Below are positions 1-11,172 of a DNA stretch of 64,000 bases, one piece after another. The position numbers and the translations under genes are program-made. This stretch comes from Microcoleus sp. (GTDB lineage: Bacteria > Cyanobacteriota > Cyanobacteriia > Cyanobacteriales > Microcoleaceae), in assembly GCA_052279835.1 (NCBI GenBank), contig CP181291.1, positions 416,001-480,000 on the forward strand, in the 5' to 3' direction. The notes below the pieces were generated by a model. That model had not been told where the DNA came from. It made no database searches and saw nothing but the letters and a program-made list of their open reading frames with translations. Within the stretch, counting starts at the first letter, position 1. Every line of letters begins with the position of its first letter.

Positions 1-653
1 TGCGTTTTCTCGAAATTAAACCTCTGACCCCAGAACACCTGCCTAGTGCCGTAGAACTCGATCACCTCTGTTTTGGAGGAATTTGGGCGATCGAAGGCTA
101 CAGGCGCGAGTTAGAGAGTCCTAATAGCGATTTATTAGGTTTATGGACGTGGGAGGGGGCGGGCACGGGGGCACCGCCCCTACAGGTTCGGGCGGGCACG
201 GGGGCACCGCCCCTACAGATTCGGGCGGGCACGGGGGCACCGCCCCTACAGATTCCCCCAACTCTCATCGGTATCGGTTGTTTGTGGGCAATTTTAGAAG
301 AAGCTCACATTATCATGCTGGCTATTCATCCTCAGTTTCAACGTCAGGGTTTAGGACAAGCTCTGCTTTTGGCGTTGCTAAAATCGGCTCATGACAGACA
401 ATTAGAGCGATCGACTTTGGAAGTGCGGGAATCGAATTTTGCCGCTGTTTCTCTGTACAAAAAGTTTGGTTTTAAAGAAGCAGGACGGCGGAAACGATAC
501 TACGAAGACACTGGAGAAGATGCTCTGGTAATGTGGCGCAGCGGTCTGGAAAAACCAGAATTTCAGCGATATTTGGCGGTTGAGAAAGTGCAGATGTGCG
601 ATCGGTTGTATCAGAAAAAATGGCATTGGGCGATCGATAATTTTGAATTTTGA
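1..653 (+). CDS. rimI: Ribosomal-protein-alanine N-acetyltransferase; start codon at the window edge; carries an in-frame repeat insertion
   Basis: Frame is open from position 3 (RFLEIKPLTPEHLPSAVELDHLCFGGIW...). GNAT motifs EAHI..LAIHP.FQRQGLG, TLEVRESN..A..LY.KFGF, GRRK.YY.DTGEDA. The ORF-track start at 282 is internal. Confidence 0.9.
   Translation, partial: RFLEIKPLTPEHLPSAVELDHLCFGGIWAIEGYRRELESPNSDLLGLWTWEGAGTGAPPLQVRAGTGAPPLQIRAGTGAPPLQIPPTLIGIGCLWAILEEAHIIMLAIHPQFQRQGLGQALLLALLKSAHDRQLERSTLEVRESNFAAVSLYKKFGFKEAGRRKRYYEDTGEDALVMWRSGLEKPEFQRYLAVEKVQMCDRLYQKKWHWAIDNFEF
157..254 (+). repeat. 3 x 33-bp REP-like unit (GGGCGGGCACGGGGGCACCGCCCCTACAG) inside rimI
   Basis: Tandem copies read directly; the same unit is intergenic at 40571-40600. 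Confidence 0.9.
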
Positions 654-666
654 CCATGAGGCTCCA

Positions 667-730
667 GAAACCGGGTTTTTTACAAAAATACTTCATTGCC
701 GCCCGTAAATTCGATAAAAACCCGGTTTCT
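667..730. repeat. GAAACCGGGTTTTT...AAAAACCCGGTTTC palindromic dispersed repeat
   Basis: Inverted arms; further copies at ~1057-1121 and ~47402-47463. Confidence 0.8.
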
Positions 731-1655
731 TTTGACTGAGATTTTCACAATATTTCCTAATTTTTTTCTTATAAACCATAGTAAATTTACGGGTTTACAA
801 TACCGAAATCCAGTAACTGACATAATTTTAGGTGGCGTGAATATTGAAGTGCAAAACCTGATTACTCAAACTTTTCTCTGGGCTGGAGGTGAATTGATTG
901 CAAAGATTGAGGGTTTGTGGGCTTCGCAACTACAGTTCCCTGTAAGAATATTTTAGGATTGACCTCTCCCCAGTCTTGCAGAGGTAGCTGGGAGCAGTCA
1001 ATCTTTAGAGTTGAGCAATACTACCAATTTTCAGTCCGGCACGCATTCCGACTAAAGAAACCGGGTTTTTCACTAAATTTGTCCGCTACAACTAAGTATT
1101 TTCGTGAAAAAACCCGGTTTCTGGACCTCATGCGATCGTCCTAATTTTTTTTAAGTTCATACATCGATCGCGCACATCTAACCAATAACTTTTGTAAAAA
1201 AACTGCCCTACACTTCGGTAACTACCATTTTTTTACCTGCATGACAGCCCAAAAGATTGTGCTAGAATCCTCAATACATAGTCGTAAGTTAAACCCAGAC
1301 CGAGAAGAGCGATTAATTTATCACGTTTGGCTAAAGCGTGAAAGCTTGCCGAGGGATAACCGCTCCCATGCTCCCGATGAAGCAAGAAGCAAATGTATAG
1401 ACTTGTCTAGTATTTGTATAGCAGCAATCTTCTTGCAGTCTAGGGGGAGGTTGTAGGTCAGCCACCATTTGGGTCTTCCCAGTTGAAAGCCACCCTGCAA
1501 CAGCAGCCTAGAATCTGCAACCGCTTTTCCAGTGCGGCAGAGCAGTCGGGAATGTCACGCTAGAATAAGCAGTACGAGTTAACACTCGACTAAAAACGCC
1601 CGCTCAAGCGAGCGTGACCTCGAAACGGGCACATAGCAGGTGATGGGAATAAATC

Positions 1656-4133
1656 ATGTTTGAACGCTTCACAGAAAAAGCAATAAAAGTAATCATGCTG
1701 GCCCAGGAAGAAGCTCGTCGCCTGGGTCACAACTTCGTAGGGACAGAACAGATCCTCCTGGGTCTGATCGGAGAAGGCACCGGAGTTGCAGCCAAAGTCC
1801 TCAAATCAATGGGGGTTAACCTCAAAGATGCTCGGATTGAGGTCGAAAAAATCATCGGGCGCGGTTCGGGCTTCGTAGCAGTCGAAATTCCGTTCACCCC
1901 TCGCGCCAAGCGGGTTCTAGAACTGTCCCTCGAAGAAGCTCGTCAACTCGGACACAATTATATAGGTACCGAACACCTGCTGCTGGGTCTGATCCGCGAA
2001 GGTGAAGGAGTCGCCGCCAGAGTCTTAGAAAACCTGGGAGTAGACTTGTCGAAAGTCCGCACCCAAGTGATTCGGATGCTGGGAGAAACCGCAGAAGTCG
2101 CAGCCACAGGTGGCGGTGCTCGCACCAAAACCCCAACCCTCGATGAGTTCGGCTCTAACCTGACTCAAATGGCTGTGGATGGGAAGCTTGACCCCGTAGT
2201 CGGACGCCAAAAAGAAATTGAACGGGTAATTCAAATCCTCGGTCGCCGTACCAAAAATAATCCGGTACTCATCGGCGAACCTGGAGTTGGCAAAACCGCG
2301 ATCGCCGAAGGTCTGGCCCAACGCATCGCTAACAACGACATCCCAGACATCCTCGAAGAAAAGCGCGTCGTCACCCTGGACATCGGCTTACTCGTCGCCG
2401 GTACCAAATACCGGGGGGAATTTGAAGAACGCCTCAAAAAAATCATGGACGAAATCCGCACGGCGGGTAACGTGATTTTAGTCATTGACGAAGTGCACAC
2501 TTTGATAGGTGCTGGTGCGGCGGAAGGGGCGATCGACGCAGCCAACATCCTCAAGCCAGCTTTGGCTAGAGGCGAACTCCAGTGTATCGGCGCTACCACC
2601 CTAGATGAGTATCGGAAGCACATCGAGCGCGACGCAGCCCTCGAACGGCGCTTCCAGCCAGTCATGGTCGGCGAACCTACCGTAGATGAGACGATCGAGA
2701 TTCTCTTTGGTCTGCGGGAACGCTACGAACAGCACCACAAGCTGAAAATCTTGGACACGGCCCTAGAAGCCGCAGCCAAACTCTCTCACCGTTACATCTC
2801 CGATCGCTTCCTACCAGACAAAGCCATTGACCTCGTAGACGAAGCAGGTTCCAGAGTCCGCCTGATTAACTCCCAACTTCCCCCCGCAGCGAAAGAACTT
2901 GACAAAGAACTCCGCCAAGTCCTGAAGGATAAAGACGAAGCAGTGCGTTCTCAAGACTTTGACAAAGCAGGGGAATTGCGCGATCGCGAAATGACGATCA
3001 AAGCCGAAATCCGGGCTATTTCCCAAGCCAAAAAAACCGACTCGGCGGCCCGCGGCGACACCGACCCATCGCCAGTAGTTACCGAAGAAGACATCGCCCA
3101 AATCGTAGCAAGCTGGACAGGAGTTCCGGTCAACAAACTGACCGAATCCGAGTCGGAAAAGCTGCTACACATGGAAGATACCCTGCACCAGCGTTTGATC
3201 GGTCAAGAAGAAGCTGTCAAAGCGGTTTCTAAGGCCATTCGTCGCGCCCGTGTTGGCTTGAAAAACCCCAATCGCCCGATCGCCAGTTTCATCTTCTCCG
3301 GGCCCACAGGCGTTGGTAAAACCGAACTCACCAAAGCTCTAGCCGGCTACTTCTTCGGTTCCGAAGACGCAATGATTCGGTTGGATATGTCCGAGTACAT
3401 GGAACGTCACACCGTCTCCAAACTCATCGGTTCCCCTCCGGGTTATGTCGGTTACAACGAAGGCGGACAACTGACAGAAGCAGTCCGTCGCCGTCCTTAC
3501 ACCGTGGTGCTGTTCGACGAAATCGAAAAAGCCCACCCCGATGTCTTCAATATGCTCTTGCAAATATTGGAAGACGGTCGCTTAACTGATGCTAAAGGTC
3601 GCACCGTAGACTTCAAAAATACGCTGCTGATTATGACATCTAACATCGGTTCTAAGGTGATTGAAAAAGGTGGCGGTGGCCTCGGTTTCGAGTTCAGCGA
3701 CAACCAATCCGATGCTACTTACAACCGCATTCGCTCTTTGGTTAACGAAGAACTGAAAAACTATTTCCGCCCAGAATTCCTCAACCGACTAGACGAAATT
3801 ATCGTCTTCCGTCAGTTGAACCGAGAGGAAGTCAAGGAAATCGCGGTCATCATGCTGAAAGAAGTTTTCGGGCGTTTAACAGAACAGGGTATCACTCTGG
3901 AAGTTACCGAAAAGTTCAAGGAACGCTTGGTGGAAGAAGGCTACAATCCCAGTTACGGAGCAAGGCCTCTACGCCGCGCGATCATGCGCTTGTTGGAAGA
4001 CAGCTTGGCTGAAGAAATCCTTTCTGGCCGCATCAAAGACGGCGACATCGCTGTTGTGGATGTGGGTGAGGATGGAATTGTCAAGGTGTTGCAAGGCCAG
4101 AAGCGGGAATTGCTGCCCCAAGGTGCTGAGTAA
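1656..4133 (+). CDS. clpC: ATP-dependent Clp protease ATP-binding subunit ClpC
   Basis: [33 protein letters not shown]-terminus; two Walker A motifs ([16 protein letters not shown]); 825 aa. Confidence 0.98.
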   Translation: MFERFTEKAIKVIMLAQEEARRLGHNFVGTEQILLGLIGEGTGVAAKVLKSMGVNLKDARIEVEKIIGRGSGFVAVEIPFTPRAKRVLELSLEEARQLGHNYIGTEHLLLGLIREGEGVAARVLENLGVDLSKVRTQVIRMLGETAEVAATGGGARTKTPTLDEFGSNLTQMAVDGKLDPVVGRQKEIERVIQILGRRTKNNPVLIGEPGVGKTAIAEGLAQRIANNDIPDILEEKRVVTLDIGLLVAGTKYRGEFEERLKKIMDEIRTAGNVILVIDEVHTLIGAGAAEGAIDAANILKPALARGELQCIGATTLDEYRKHIERDAALERRFQPVMVGEPTVDETIEILFGLRERYEQHHKLKILDTALEAAAKLSHRYISDRFLPDKAIDLVDEAGSRVRLINSQLPPAAKELDKELRQVLKDKDEAVRSQDFDKAGELRDREMTIKAEIRAISQAKKTDSAARGDTDPSPVVTEEDIAQIVASWTGVPVNKLTESESEKLLHMEDTLHQRLIGQEEAVKAVSKAIRRARVGLKNPNRPIASFIFSGPTGVGKTELTKALAGYFFGSEDAMIRLDMSEYMERHTVSKLIGSPPGYVGYNEGGQLTEAVRRRPYTVVLFDEIEKAHPDVFNMLLQILEDGRLTDAKGRTVDFKNTLLIMTSNIGSKVIEKGGGGLGFEFSDNQSDATYNRIRSLVNEELKNYFRPEFLNRLDEIIVFRQLNREEVKEIAVIMLKEVFGRLTEQGITLEVTEKFKERLVEEGYNPSYGARPLRRAIMRLLEDSLAEEILSGRIKDGDIAVVDVGEDGIVKVLQGQKRELLPQGAE

Positions 4134-4196
4134 GTGCGATCGCAAGTACAGTTTTGAAGTAATTTGGCGATCGTAAATAACTCCAAATCAGTATCT

Positions 4197-4232
4197 AAAA
4201 AAGGTGGAGAATCTTAATTCTCTGCCTTTTTT
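4197..4232 (+). terminator. Probable intrinsic terminator after clpC
   Basis: AAAAAAGGTGGAGAAT...ATTCTCTGCCTTTTTT hairpin with a T run. Confidence 0.5.
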
Positions 4233-4266
4233 AAATTGAGTGAATAACATATTAGAGGAAGATAAA

Positions 4267-4884
4267 ATGACATCTGAAAAAAATAACTTGAATACAAAAA
4301 CAATAGAAAATAAGCCTGATACTTCGACTGCGGTCAGCACAAGCTCCTGGTGGCAAAAAGCCTGGAATTCCCAACGAGAAAATCTTCAGATAGTGATGAT
4401 AGCTTTGGGTTTAGCAATCTTGATTCGAGCATTTATCGCCGAACCCCGGTTCATACCCTCAGACTCTATGTTACCAACTTTGCATATAGGCGATCGGGTC
4501 GTAGTCGAAAAAATATCCTACTATCTGGAACCTCCCAAAACTGGCGACATCGTAGTATTTTCCCCACCGGAGCAGTTGCAAGAACAAGGATTTACCGAAG
4601 ACCAAGCATTTATCAAGCGGATCATTGGCTTACCGGGTCAAACTATCACCGTTAAAAAAGGTCTAGTTTTCCTCAACGACAAAGCCCTGGTTGAAAAATA
4701 TATTGCCGAACCTCCCAAATACCAGTGGGGGCCTTATCGAGTTCCCGAAAATCAATACTTTGTCATGGGAGACAACCGCAACAACAGCAACGACTCCAGC
4801 CGCTGGGGATTTTTACCGAAGCAAAACATCATCGGCCGTGCTGTGGTCAGGTTTTGGCCACTAGAACGCATCGGGAAAGTTTGA
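4267..4884 (+). CDS. lepB: Signal peptidase I
   Basis: PRFIPSDSMLPTL (Ser), AFIKRIIGLPG (Lys), MGDNRNNSNDS, one TM segment. Confidence 0.95.
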   Translation: MTSEKNNLNTKTIENKPDTSTAVSTSSWWQKAWNSQRENLQIVMIALGLAILIRAFIAEPRFIPSDSMLPTLHIGDRVVVEKISYYLEPPKTGDIVVFSPPEQLQEQGFTEDQAFIKRIIGLPGQTITVKKGLVFLNDKALVEKYIAEPPKYQWGPYRVPENQYFVMGDNRNNSNDSSRWGFLPKQNIIGRAVVRFWPLERIGKV

Positions 4885-4887
4885 GAG

Positions 4888-5098
4888 AAGGAAGAAGGAA
4901 GAAGGAAGAAGGAAGAAGGAAGAAGAACCCCCCCCCTGCCCCCCCCAAGGGGGGAAATTCAGGAAGAAGGAAGAAGGAAGAAGGAAGAAGGAAGAAGGAA
5001 GAAGGAAGAAGGAAGAAGGAAGAAGGAAGAAGGAAGAAGGAAGAAGGAAGAAGAACCCCCCCCCTGCCCCCCCCAAGGGGGGAAATTCAGGAAGAAGG
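4888..5098. repeat. GAAGAAG heptamer tandem repeats with two copies of a C/G-rich hairpin (CCCCCCTGCCCCCCCAAGGGGGG)
   Basis: Read directly; typical short tandem repeats of filamentous cyanobacteria. Confidence 0.9.
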
Positions 5099-5320
5099 AC
5101 ACACTTCGACTACGCTCAGTGTCCGATGCCTGATGCCCGATGTCCCATTCCCAATGCCCCATTCCCGATGTCCATGCCTTATCCTGTACGGACATTGCTA
5201 CTAATCTTTACGCTTTGAAGGGTAGGGGCAGCCTCCGCCAACTGATAACATAGTTGAATAAGCAGGGGGACTTACTGCCTAAATCAAAATTTGTTCGATA
5301 TTAAAAAATTAGGTAAAGCT

Positions 5321-5644
5321 ATGGGATTTTTTGATTCAGAAATTGTTCAGCAAGAAGCCAAACTGTTATTTGACGACTATCAATCCCTCGTCAAACTAGG
5401 CAGCAGTTATGGTAAGTTCGATCGCGAAGGCAAGAAAATGTTCATCGCTCAGATGGAAGCAATGATGGATCGTTATCGTATTTTTATGAAGCGTTTCGAG
5501 CTATCTGAGGACTTCATGGCTCAGATGACCGTTGAACAGTTAAAAACCCAACTGAATCAATTTGGGATCACGCCCCAGCAGATGTTTGAGCAAATGAACT
5601 CAACCCTGGAGCGCATGAAATCTGAACTGGAAAAGCAATCTTAA
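5321..5644 (+). CDS. DUF1825 family protein
   Basis: MGFFDSEIVQQEAK.LF.DYQ...YGKFDREGKK, a conserved cyanobacterial sequence. Confidence 0.85.
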   Translation: MGFFDSEIVQQEAKLLFDDYQSLVKLGSSYGKFDREGKKMFIAQMEAMMDRYRIFMKRFELSEDFMAQMTVEQLKTQLNQFGITPQQMFEQMNSTLERMKSELEKQS

Positions 5645-5807
5645 TTTCAGAAGGAAGAAGGAAGAAGGAAGAAGGAAGAGGGAAGAATTACGAATTACGA
5701 ATTATTCACTCGTAATTAGGAATTCGTAATTCGTAATTCCCTACTCGTAGCCCAATTCCCAATGCCCAATGCCCAATACCCGATTCCCAAGACCCAATTC
5801 GCAAGAA

Positions 5808-7727
5808 TTAAGGACGTTCAAAAGCTGAAGCAGGTTTGAAATCTTCTTCTGGAACTCCCTGCAAAGCTTGGCTCATAAAATCTCGCCAAATAGGCGCGAC
5901 AATCGTACCGCCAGTAGCACCGTAGCTCATCGATGTGTAATCGTCGTTGCCAACCCAAACAGCCACGGACAATTGGGGGACGTAACCGACAAACCAGATA
6001 TCCCGTTCTGAGGAAGTAGTACCGGTTTTTCCAGCAGCCGGCCGCCCAAGTTGGGCTGCCTTGGCAGTACCATTGTTAATTACGCCTTGCAAGGCGCTGT
6101 TGACTGAAGCCGCAGCCCAGGAATTGAGTACCAATTTGGGTTTGGGCGTGTTGTCGAGCAAGACATTGCCACTGCTGTCAGTGACTTGCACGATAAACGT
6201 GGTGTCAGAATGCCAGCCATTGTTGGCAAAGGTAGCAAAAGCTCCAGCCATCTCCAAAGGAGTGAGGTCAACCGCACCCAAGGGTAAGGAAACCACCGGT
6301 TCCATCGGACTTCTGATGCCCAGTACCCGGCAAATTTCAATCACTTTGTTTAATCCAACTTCTTGTCCAAGCTTGACAGCGGGAATATTTAGTGATACTT
6401 CCAAGGCTCTACGGATGCTGACGGCACCGGAGAATCCACCACCGTAGTTTTGAGGGTAGTAGTAGCCGTCGCCGTCACGATAGCCCACAGGAGAGTCGTA
6501 GACTATAGAATCAGGACCGTATTTACCACTAGCAAAAGCAGCGTAGTAGACAAAAGGTTTAAAAGAAGACCCTGGCTGTCTCCGGGCTTGAATGGCACGG
6601 TTGAATTGACTTTTTTCGTAATCGATGCCCCCAACCATTGCTTTGACGAAGTGGGTGCGGGGATCGACGGCTGCTAGGGCAATTTGACCTTGGTCGCGAT
6701 CGTAAAAAATTCCTTGATTGTATAGCCGATCGTGCCATGCTTTGACTGTTTCTTCAGCCGTCCGCTGCATTTTGAGGTCGATGGTAGTTTGAACGCGCAT
6801 TCCTCCCTTAACTACAGCATCTCGCCCAAAACGCCTAGTCAACTCCTGGACTACAGCTTGTGTCACGTAAGGAACTTGAGAGCCACCAAAAGAGGTAATT
6901 TTACCAAGCTTAATCTTTTGTTTGCGAGCTGCTGCTTCTTCCGCCGGGGTAATCCATTTCAACTCCTTCATCCGGGTTAAAACGATTTCCTGTCGCTCTT
7001 TTGACAACTTGTAATTGACGAAAGGACTGTATTCTTCCGGGGCCGAAATTAACCCGGCTAACATGGCGGCTTCGGCCAAAGTCAAACTATCTGCTGACTT
7101 GTTGAAATAGCTGCGAGATGCCGTCTCTACGCCGTACAAGTTGTGACCGAGATAAATTTGATTCAGGTAAAGTTGCAGAATCTGGTCTTTATTGAGGATT
7201 TGCTCCAAGCGGATAGACATTACCGCTTCAGCTACTTTGCGACTGAGTTTTGATTGGGGAGATAGAAACAGGTTCTTGACTAATTGCATTGTCATAGTCG
7301 AGCCTCCTTCAACAGTTCTACCTTTTTCGAGGTTAGCCATGAAGGCTCTGGCTATCCCGCCTGGGTTGATGCCTTTGTGGGTGAAAAAGTTGCTATCTTC
7401 GATGGCTAAAGCAGCACGTTTCAGGTTCGGGGAGATTTTGTCCAGGGGTACGACATCTCGGTTGGCTTCGTCGTGGATGCTGGCGAGGGGCCGGCCGTTG
7501 ATGTCGTAAATGTGGGTAGTTTCCGTCGGAGAGTAGGTTTGCAAGATGCGAACATCCGGCAAATTGCGGAAGCTGATCGCTAAGCCAACCAGTCCGCCAG
7601 CTACTACGGAACTGGCAAGCATTGTAATGCTGAGTATAGTTCCAGCGGTCACTTTACTGACGGACTGAACGAACTCGAATACGGGGGCTGAGTTTTCCGT
7701 ATTTTTACGGACTGCGTTGGTTGACAC
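5808..7727 (-). CDS. Penicillin-binding protein 1A family (transglycosylase/transpeptidase)
   Basis: EDSNFFTH.G, GGSTMTMQLVKN, RQPGSSFKP (SxxK), SLN, GKTGT. Confidence 0.95.
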   Translation of the reverse strand: MSTNAVRKNTENSAPVFEFVQSVSKVTAGTILSITMLASSVVAGGLVGLAISFRNLPDVRILQTYSPTETTHIYDINGRPLASIHDEANRDVVPLDKISPNLKRAALAIEDSNFFTHKGINPGGIARAFMANLEKGRTVEGGSTMTMQLVKNLFLSPQSKLSRKVAEAVMSIRLEQILNKDQILQLYLNQIYLGHNLYGVETASRSYFNKSADSLTLAEAAMLAGLISAPEEYSPFVNYKLSKERQEIVLTRMKELKWITPAEEAAARKQKIKLGKITSFGGSQVPYVTQAVVQELTRRFGRDAVVKGGMRVQTTIDLKMQRTAEETVKAWHDRLYNQGIFYDRDQGQIALAAVDPRTHFVKAMVGGIDYEKSQFNRAIQARRQPGSSFKPFVYYAAFASGKYGPDSIVYDSPVGYRDGDGYYYPQNYGGGFSGAVSIRRALEVSLNIPAVKLGQEVGLNKVIEICRVLGIRSPMEPVVSLPLGAVDLTPLEMAGAFATFANNGWHSDTTFIVQVTDSSGNVLLDNTPKPKLVLNSWAAASVNSALQGVINNGTAKAAQLGRPAAGKTGTTSSERDIWFVGYVPQLSVAVWVGNDDYTSMSYGATGGTIVAPIWRDFMSQALQGVPEEDFKPASAFERP

Positions 7728-7906
7728 GTGGATTTCACTTCCTGAGTCGATGGGGGGTTGGAGACTTTGAATTTACAATGGAGGATGGAACAATTGCCAT
7801 CAAAAATTTTGGTAGGTAAGCTTTGGGATTATGCTAGCTTGATGGTTGTGTTTTTATATGTCAATCAGTGAGTTTAACTAATTCCGCTGCACTTTGGCAA
7901 AATATT

Positions 7907-9140
7907 ATGGTTTTCGATCGCTCCCCTATGATTTCTCCTAACTTTTCTGGAATTTACCGCGGTGTCAGTGAGATTTTTCCCGATCGACCCGATTCTAACA
8001 ACCCTGACGAAAATTTGGTCGAATTGCTGACCAAAGCCGATCGACCGTTGCGAGTCAAACTGGGAATCGACGCCACAGGGGCGGACATTCACTTGGGGAC
8101 ACAGCATTTGCTTCCGCAAGCTGCGAGCTTTTCAGGATGCAGGCCACACGGCGGTACTGGTCATCGGAGATTTTACCGCAAGAATTGGCGATCCGACAGG
8201 GAAATCGGAGACGCGCGCTCAGTTGACGGCCGAACAAGTGGCCGAAAATGCCAAGACTTATTTAGACCAAGTGCGTCCGATTCTAGATTTTGACACGCCC
8301 GGACGTTTGGAAATTCGCTACAACTCGGAGTGGTTGTCAAAATTGGACATGGCGAAGATTTTGGAACTGCTAGGCACGATGACGGTGCAGCAAATGCTGG
8401 CTAAGGAAGGGTTTGACAATCGCATGGAACAGGAAAATGCGATTTTTTTGCACGAGTTTCTGTATCCGCTGATGCAGGGTTACGATTCCGTGGCCTTAGA
8501 AGCTGATGTGGAGTTGGGGGGAACTGACCAAAAGTTTAATATAGCTGTCGGGCGAGATTTGCAACGACATTTTGGGATGAAACCGCAGTTTGGTTTGCTG
8601 ATGCCGATTTTGATCGGGACTGATGGAGTGCAGAAGATGTCGAAGTCTTTGCATAATTATGTCGGTTTGTCTGAGGACCCGCTGACAATGTATTCTAAGT
8701 TGGAGAAAATTGCTGATAGTTCGATCGCCCAATATTTTGAACTATTGACAGATTTGCCTTTGGATGCGTTGCCGGAAAATCCGCGCGAAAAACAAAAGCT
8801 TTTGGCTGTGAATGTTGTCAGCCAGTATTATGGTTCGGAAGCAGGCGATCGGGCGCAACTCGATGCAATGGCGCTGGTGAAAGGTGCTGCGGGCGAAGCT
8901 GATGCAGTGCCGGAGTTTTCTTTGGCAACTGTACAGTTTCCTGCTAAGTTGTTTTATATTCTGAGTGCTAGTGGACTTTGCAAAAGTAGTGGCGATGGCC
9001 GGAAGTTGATGCAGGGTGGTGGGGTGAAGTTGGAGGGTGATAAAGTTTCTGATGTTAACCTGACTTTTGCATCTCCTGCTGAATTATGCGGTAAGGTTTT
9101 GCAGGTTGGGAAAAATAAGTTTGTGCGATTGGTGTCTTGA
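7907..9140 (+). CDS. tyrS: Tyrosine--tRNA ligase with an apparent +1 frameshift at 8095-8098 (start codon uncertain)
   Basis: Removing one G from TTGGGGAC gives [42 protein letters not shown], continuous with the ORF carrying [17 protein letters not shown] and KMSKS. Confidence 0.9.
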
Positions 9141-9488
9141 GTTGGGATTTGTTAACCGCCATTGGTGTCAACTTAAGCCTAGAACCCTTGATAAATCTCG
9201 CCTTTATCCGAGGCCAGATCCCCCTAAATCCCCCTTAAAAAGGGGGACGAAAGAGAATACTCTTTAGTTGATTGAGTTGGGATTTGTTAACCGCCATTGG
9301 TGTCAACTTAAGTCTATAACCCTTGATAAATCTCGCTTTGCTCCGAGGCCAGATCCCCCTAAATCCGCCTTAAAAAGGGGGACGAAAGAGAATACTCTTG
9401 TCCCCCCCTTCTTAAGGGGGGTTAGGGGGGATCTAGACCCGAACCCCAAACAGCAGTCTGTGACTACGTTTGACGTTTTGACACCAAT
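9137..9488. mobile_element. MITE-like element (TIR ATTGGTGTCAA / TTGACACCAAT, 9296-9488) preceded by a 135-bp-period tandem duplication
   Basis: 9137-9264 repeats at 9272-9399; related element at 40489-40696. Confidence 0.7.
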
Positions 9489-9507
9489 CTACTATGAAGT
9501 TCTTACT

Positions 9508-10227
9508 ATGAAAGATACTACGATCGCAGATAAAATTATTGTGGCTTTGGATGTTTCGAGTTTGGAAAGTGCGATCGCCCTGATTGACAAACTCCCCGAC
9601 GTATCTTTCTGGAAAGTCGGTTTAGAGCTATTTGTGAGCTCCGGTCCGGAAATTATTGCTATTCTGAAAGAGCGGCAAAAACGGATTTTTCTAGATTTGA
9701 AATTTCACGATATCCCCAATACAGTTGCTGGTGCTTGTCGGGCTGCTGCTAAGTATAATGTGGATTTATTGACTATTCATTCTACCTGTGGTAAAGATGC
9801 TCTGAAAGCAGGATTGGTTGCTTTGGAGGAAGGGGCGGCGGCTGTGGATAAACCGAGTCCTAAATTGATTGCAATTACTCTGTTAACCAGTTTGAATTCC
9901 CGACAGTTAGCTTTTGAGTTGAAAGTACCTTTAGAATTGCCAGAATATGCTTTGCACATGGCATTGTTGGCTAAGGAAACGGGTTTAGCTGGTGCTGTTT
10001 GTTCTCCCCAAGAAGCGGAACAGTTAAGAATGAGTTGCGGGGATGATTTTCTGTTGGTTTGTCCCGGTGTGCGTCCGAAATGGGCTGATGGGGGCGATCA
10101 AAGGCGATCGATGACTCCCAAGGCTGCTTTTAATGCTGGTGCTGATTATCTGGTGATTGGGCGGCCAATTACTGCTTCGGATGATCCGGTGGCGGCTTTT
10201 GCGCGTATTTGTGAAGAGTTGGAGTAA
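9508..10227 (+). CDS. pyrF: Orotidine-5'-phosphate decarboxylase
   Basis: [41 protein letters not shown]. The ORF-track extension upstream is repeat sequence. Confidence 0.96.
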   Translation: MKDTTIADKIIVALDVSSLESAIALIDKLPDVSFWKVGLELFVSSGPEIIAILKERQKRIFLDLKFHDIPNTVAGACRAAAKYNVDLLTIHSTCGKDALKAGLVALEEGAAAVDKPSPKLIAITLLTSLNSRQLAFELKVPLELPEYALHMALLAKETGLAGAVCSPQEAEQLRMSCGDDFLLVCPGVRPKWADGGDQRRSMTPKAAFNAGADYLVIGRPITASDDPVAAFARICEELE

Positions 10228-10380
10228 ATAGTCTCAATGATTCGGCGGTTGAAACCGCTTCTACACAAACAAAGTCCGCCTGCGCGGACTAAGAAATGGA
10301 GAGGTATTTCTCGTTTTCTCGTTACTAGGCTCTGCCTAGTAACGCAGATCCAGAGGCTCTGCCTCGCTGGTTGGTGCTGC

Positions 10381-10570
10381 AACGCGGGCAGAATGTTCTC
10401 GATTGCGCTCTTCCTAGTAATGCTGAATTTCCTTAGATTCTCTTAAAACAAGTTGATATTCTGCTTCAACTTCTGCACAATTTGCCTCAATGTATGATAA
10501 GGCAACGTTAATCTGATCTTCTGTTAAGTCAAATAAGCAACGGATAAACTTCGGGGGCAGTTCTTCTTGC
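10381..10570 (-). pseudogene. DUF433-like protein fragment
   Basis: Manual translation LPPKFIRCLFDLTEDQINVALSYIEANCAEVEAEYQLVLRESKEIQHY*EERNRE; no start codon, internal stop. Confidence 0.55.
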
Positions 10571-10644
10571 CAAGCTTATGGGCGATCGCTTAGAGTAATA
10601 TAAGCTTGGTTGGCTGCTGCTAAAAAACGTGTTCTTCGGTGATG

Positions 10645-11004
10645 TTAAACTTTACAAGTCTCGACGCGAGATGCGGATTCTAACATTGATGCTTCTGGAG
10701 TCTCATCTTGATTAACTACAATCTCTGTTTTTAATCCTAAAGTCTTCAGCAAACTAATAAATCGGTAAATCTCTTCTCCACCTGATACTTTCAGCAATTC
10801 CTCAAGTTTCTCCCAATTTTGTTGATTTTCGACCGCCATGATAGATACTTTACCTTGAGCTTTAACTACATCTCTGAGTACCGTCAGTAACAGTTCAGAT
10901 TCCGGATCTTTTTCTTCTAAAATTGCTTGAATATAAGCAGCAGCTTCTTCAATTTATTGGAGGGATTTAATCAGATAGTCATGGTAACTATGAGTTTTAG
11001 GCAT
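10645..11004 (-). pseudogene. Addiction-module antidote-like gene with an in-frame TAA
   Basis: MPKTHSYHDYLIKSLQ*IEEAAAYIQAILEEKDPESELL... in frame with ORF 10645-10839; stop at ~10954-10956. Confidence 0.7.
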
Positions 11005-11172
11005 CGTTTCTACTCCTAAATTTTATCCAGTATTCTTTGGCTTTGCGAATATCTCGATCTTGGGTACTTTTATCTCCACCGCAGAGAAGCAGTACCATAG
11101 TTGAGTCTCTTTCTCCAAAATAAACCCGGTAGCCTGGGCCGTAGTCAATTTTTAACTCAGAAACCCCTTTAA
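10998..11172 (-). pseudogene. 3' half of a RelE/HigB-type addiction-module killer toxin
   Basis: KGVSELKIDYGPGYRVYFGERDSTMVLLLCGGDKSTQDRDIRKAKEYW; 5' half absent, replaced by the kinase gene end. Confidence 0.8.

Noticed and set aside
959..1002. Hairpin upstream of clpC as a riboswitch
   Set aside because: A single stem-loop with no riboswitch consensus I could recognise.
4725..5204. ORFs reading RRKKEEG / LLPSSFF
   Set aside because: Translations of heptamer repeats.
9268..9507. N-terminal extension of PyrF (similar extensions on the MTase, AI-2E and AcrB ORFs)
   Set aside because: The extensions run through repeats or element ends; downstream ATGs match the family N-termini.
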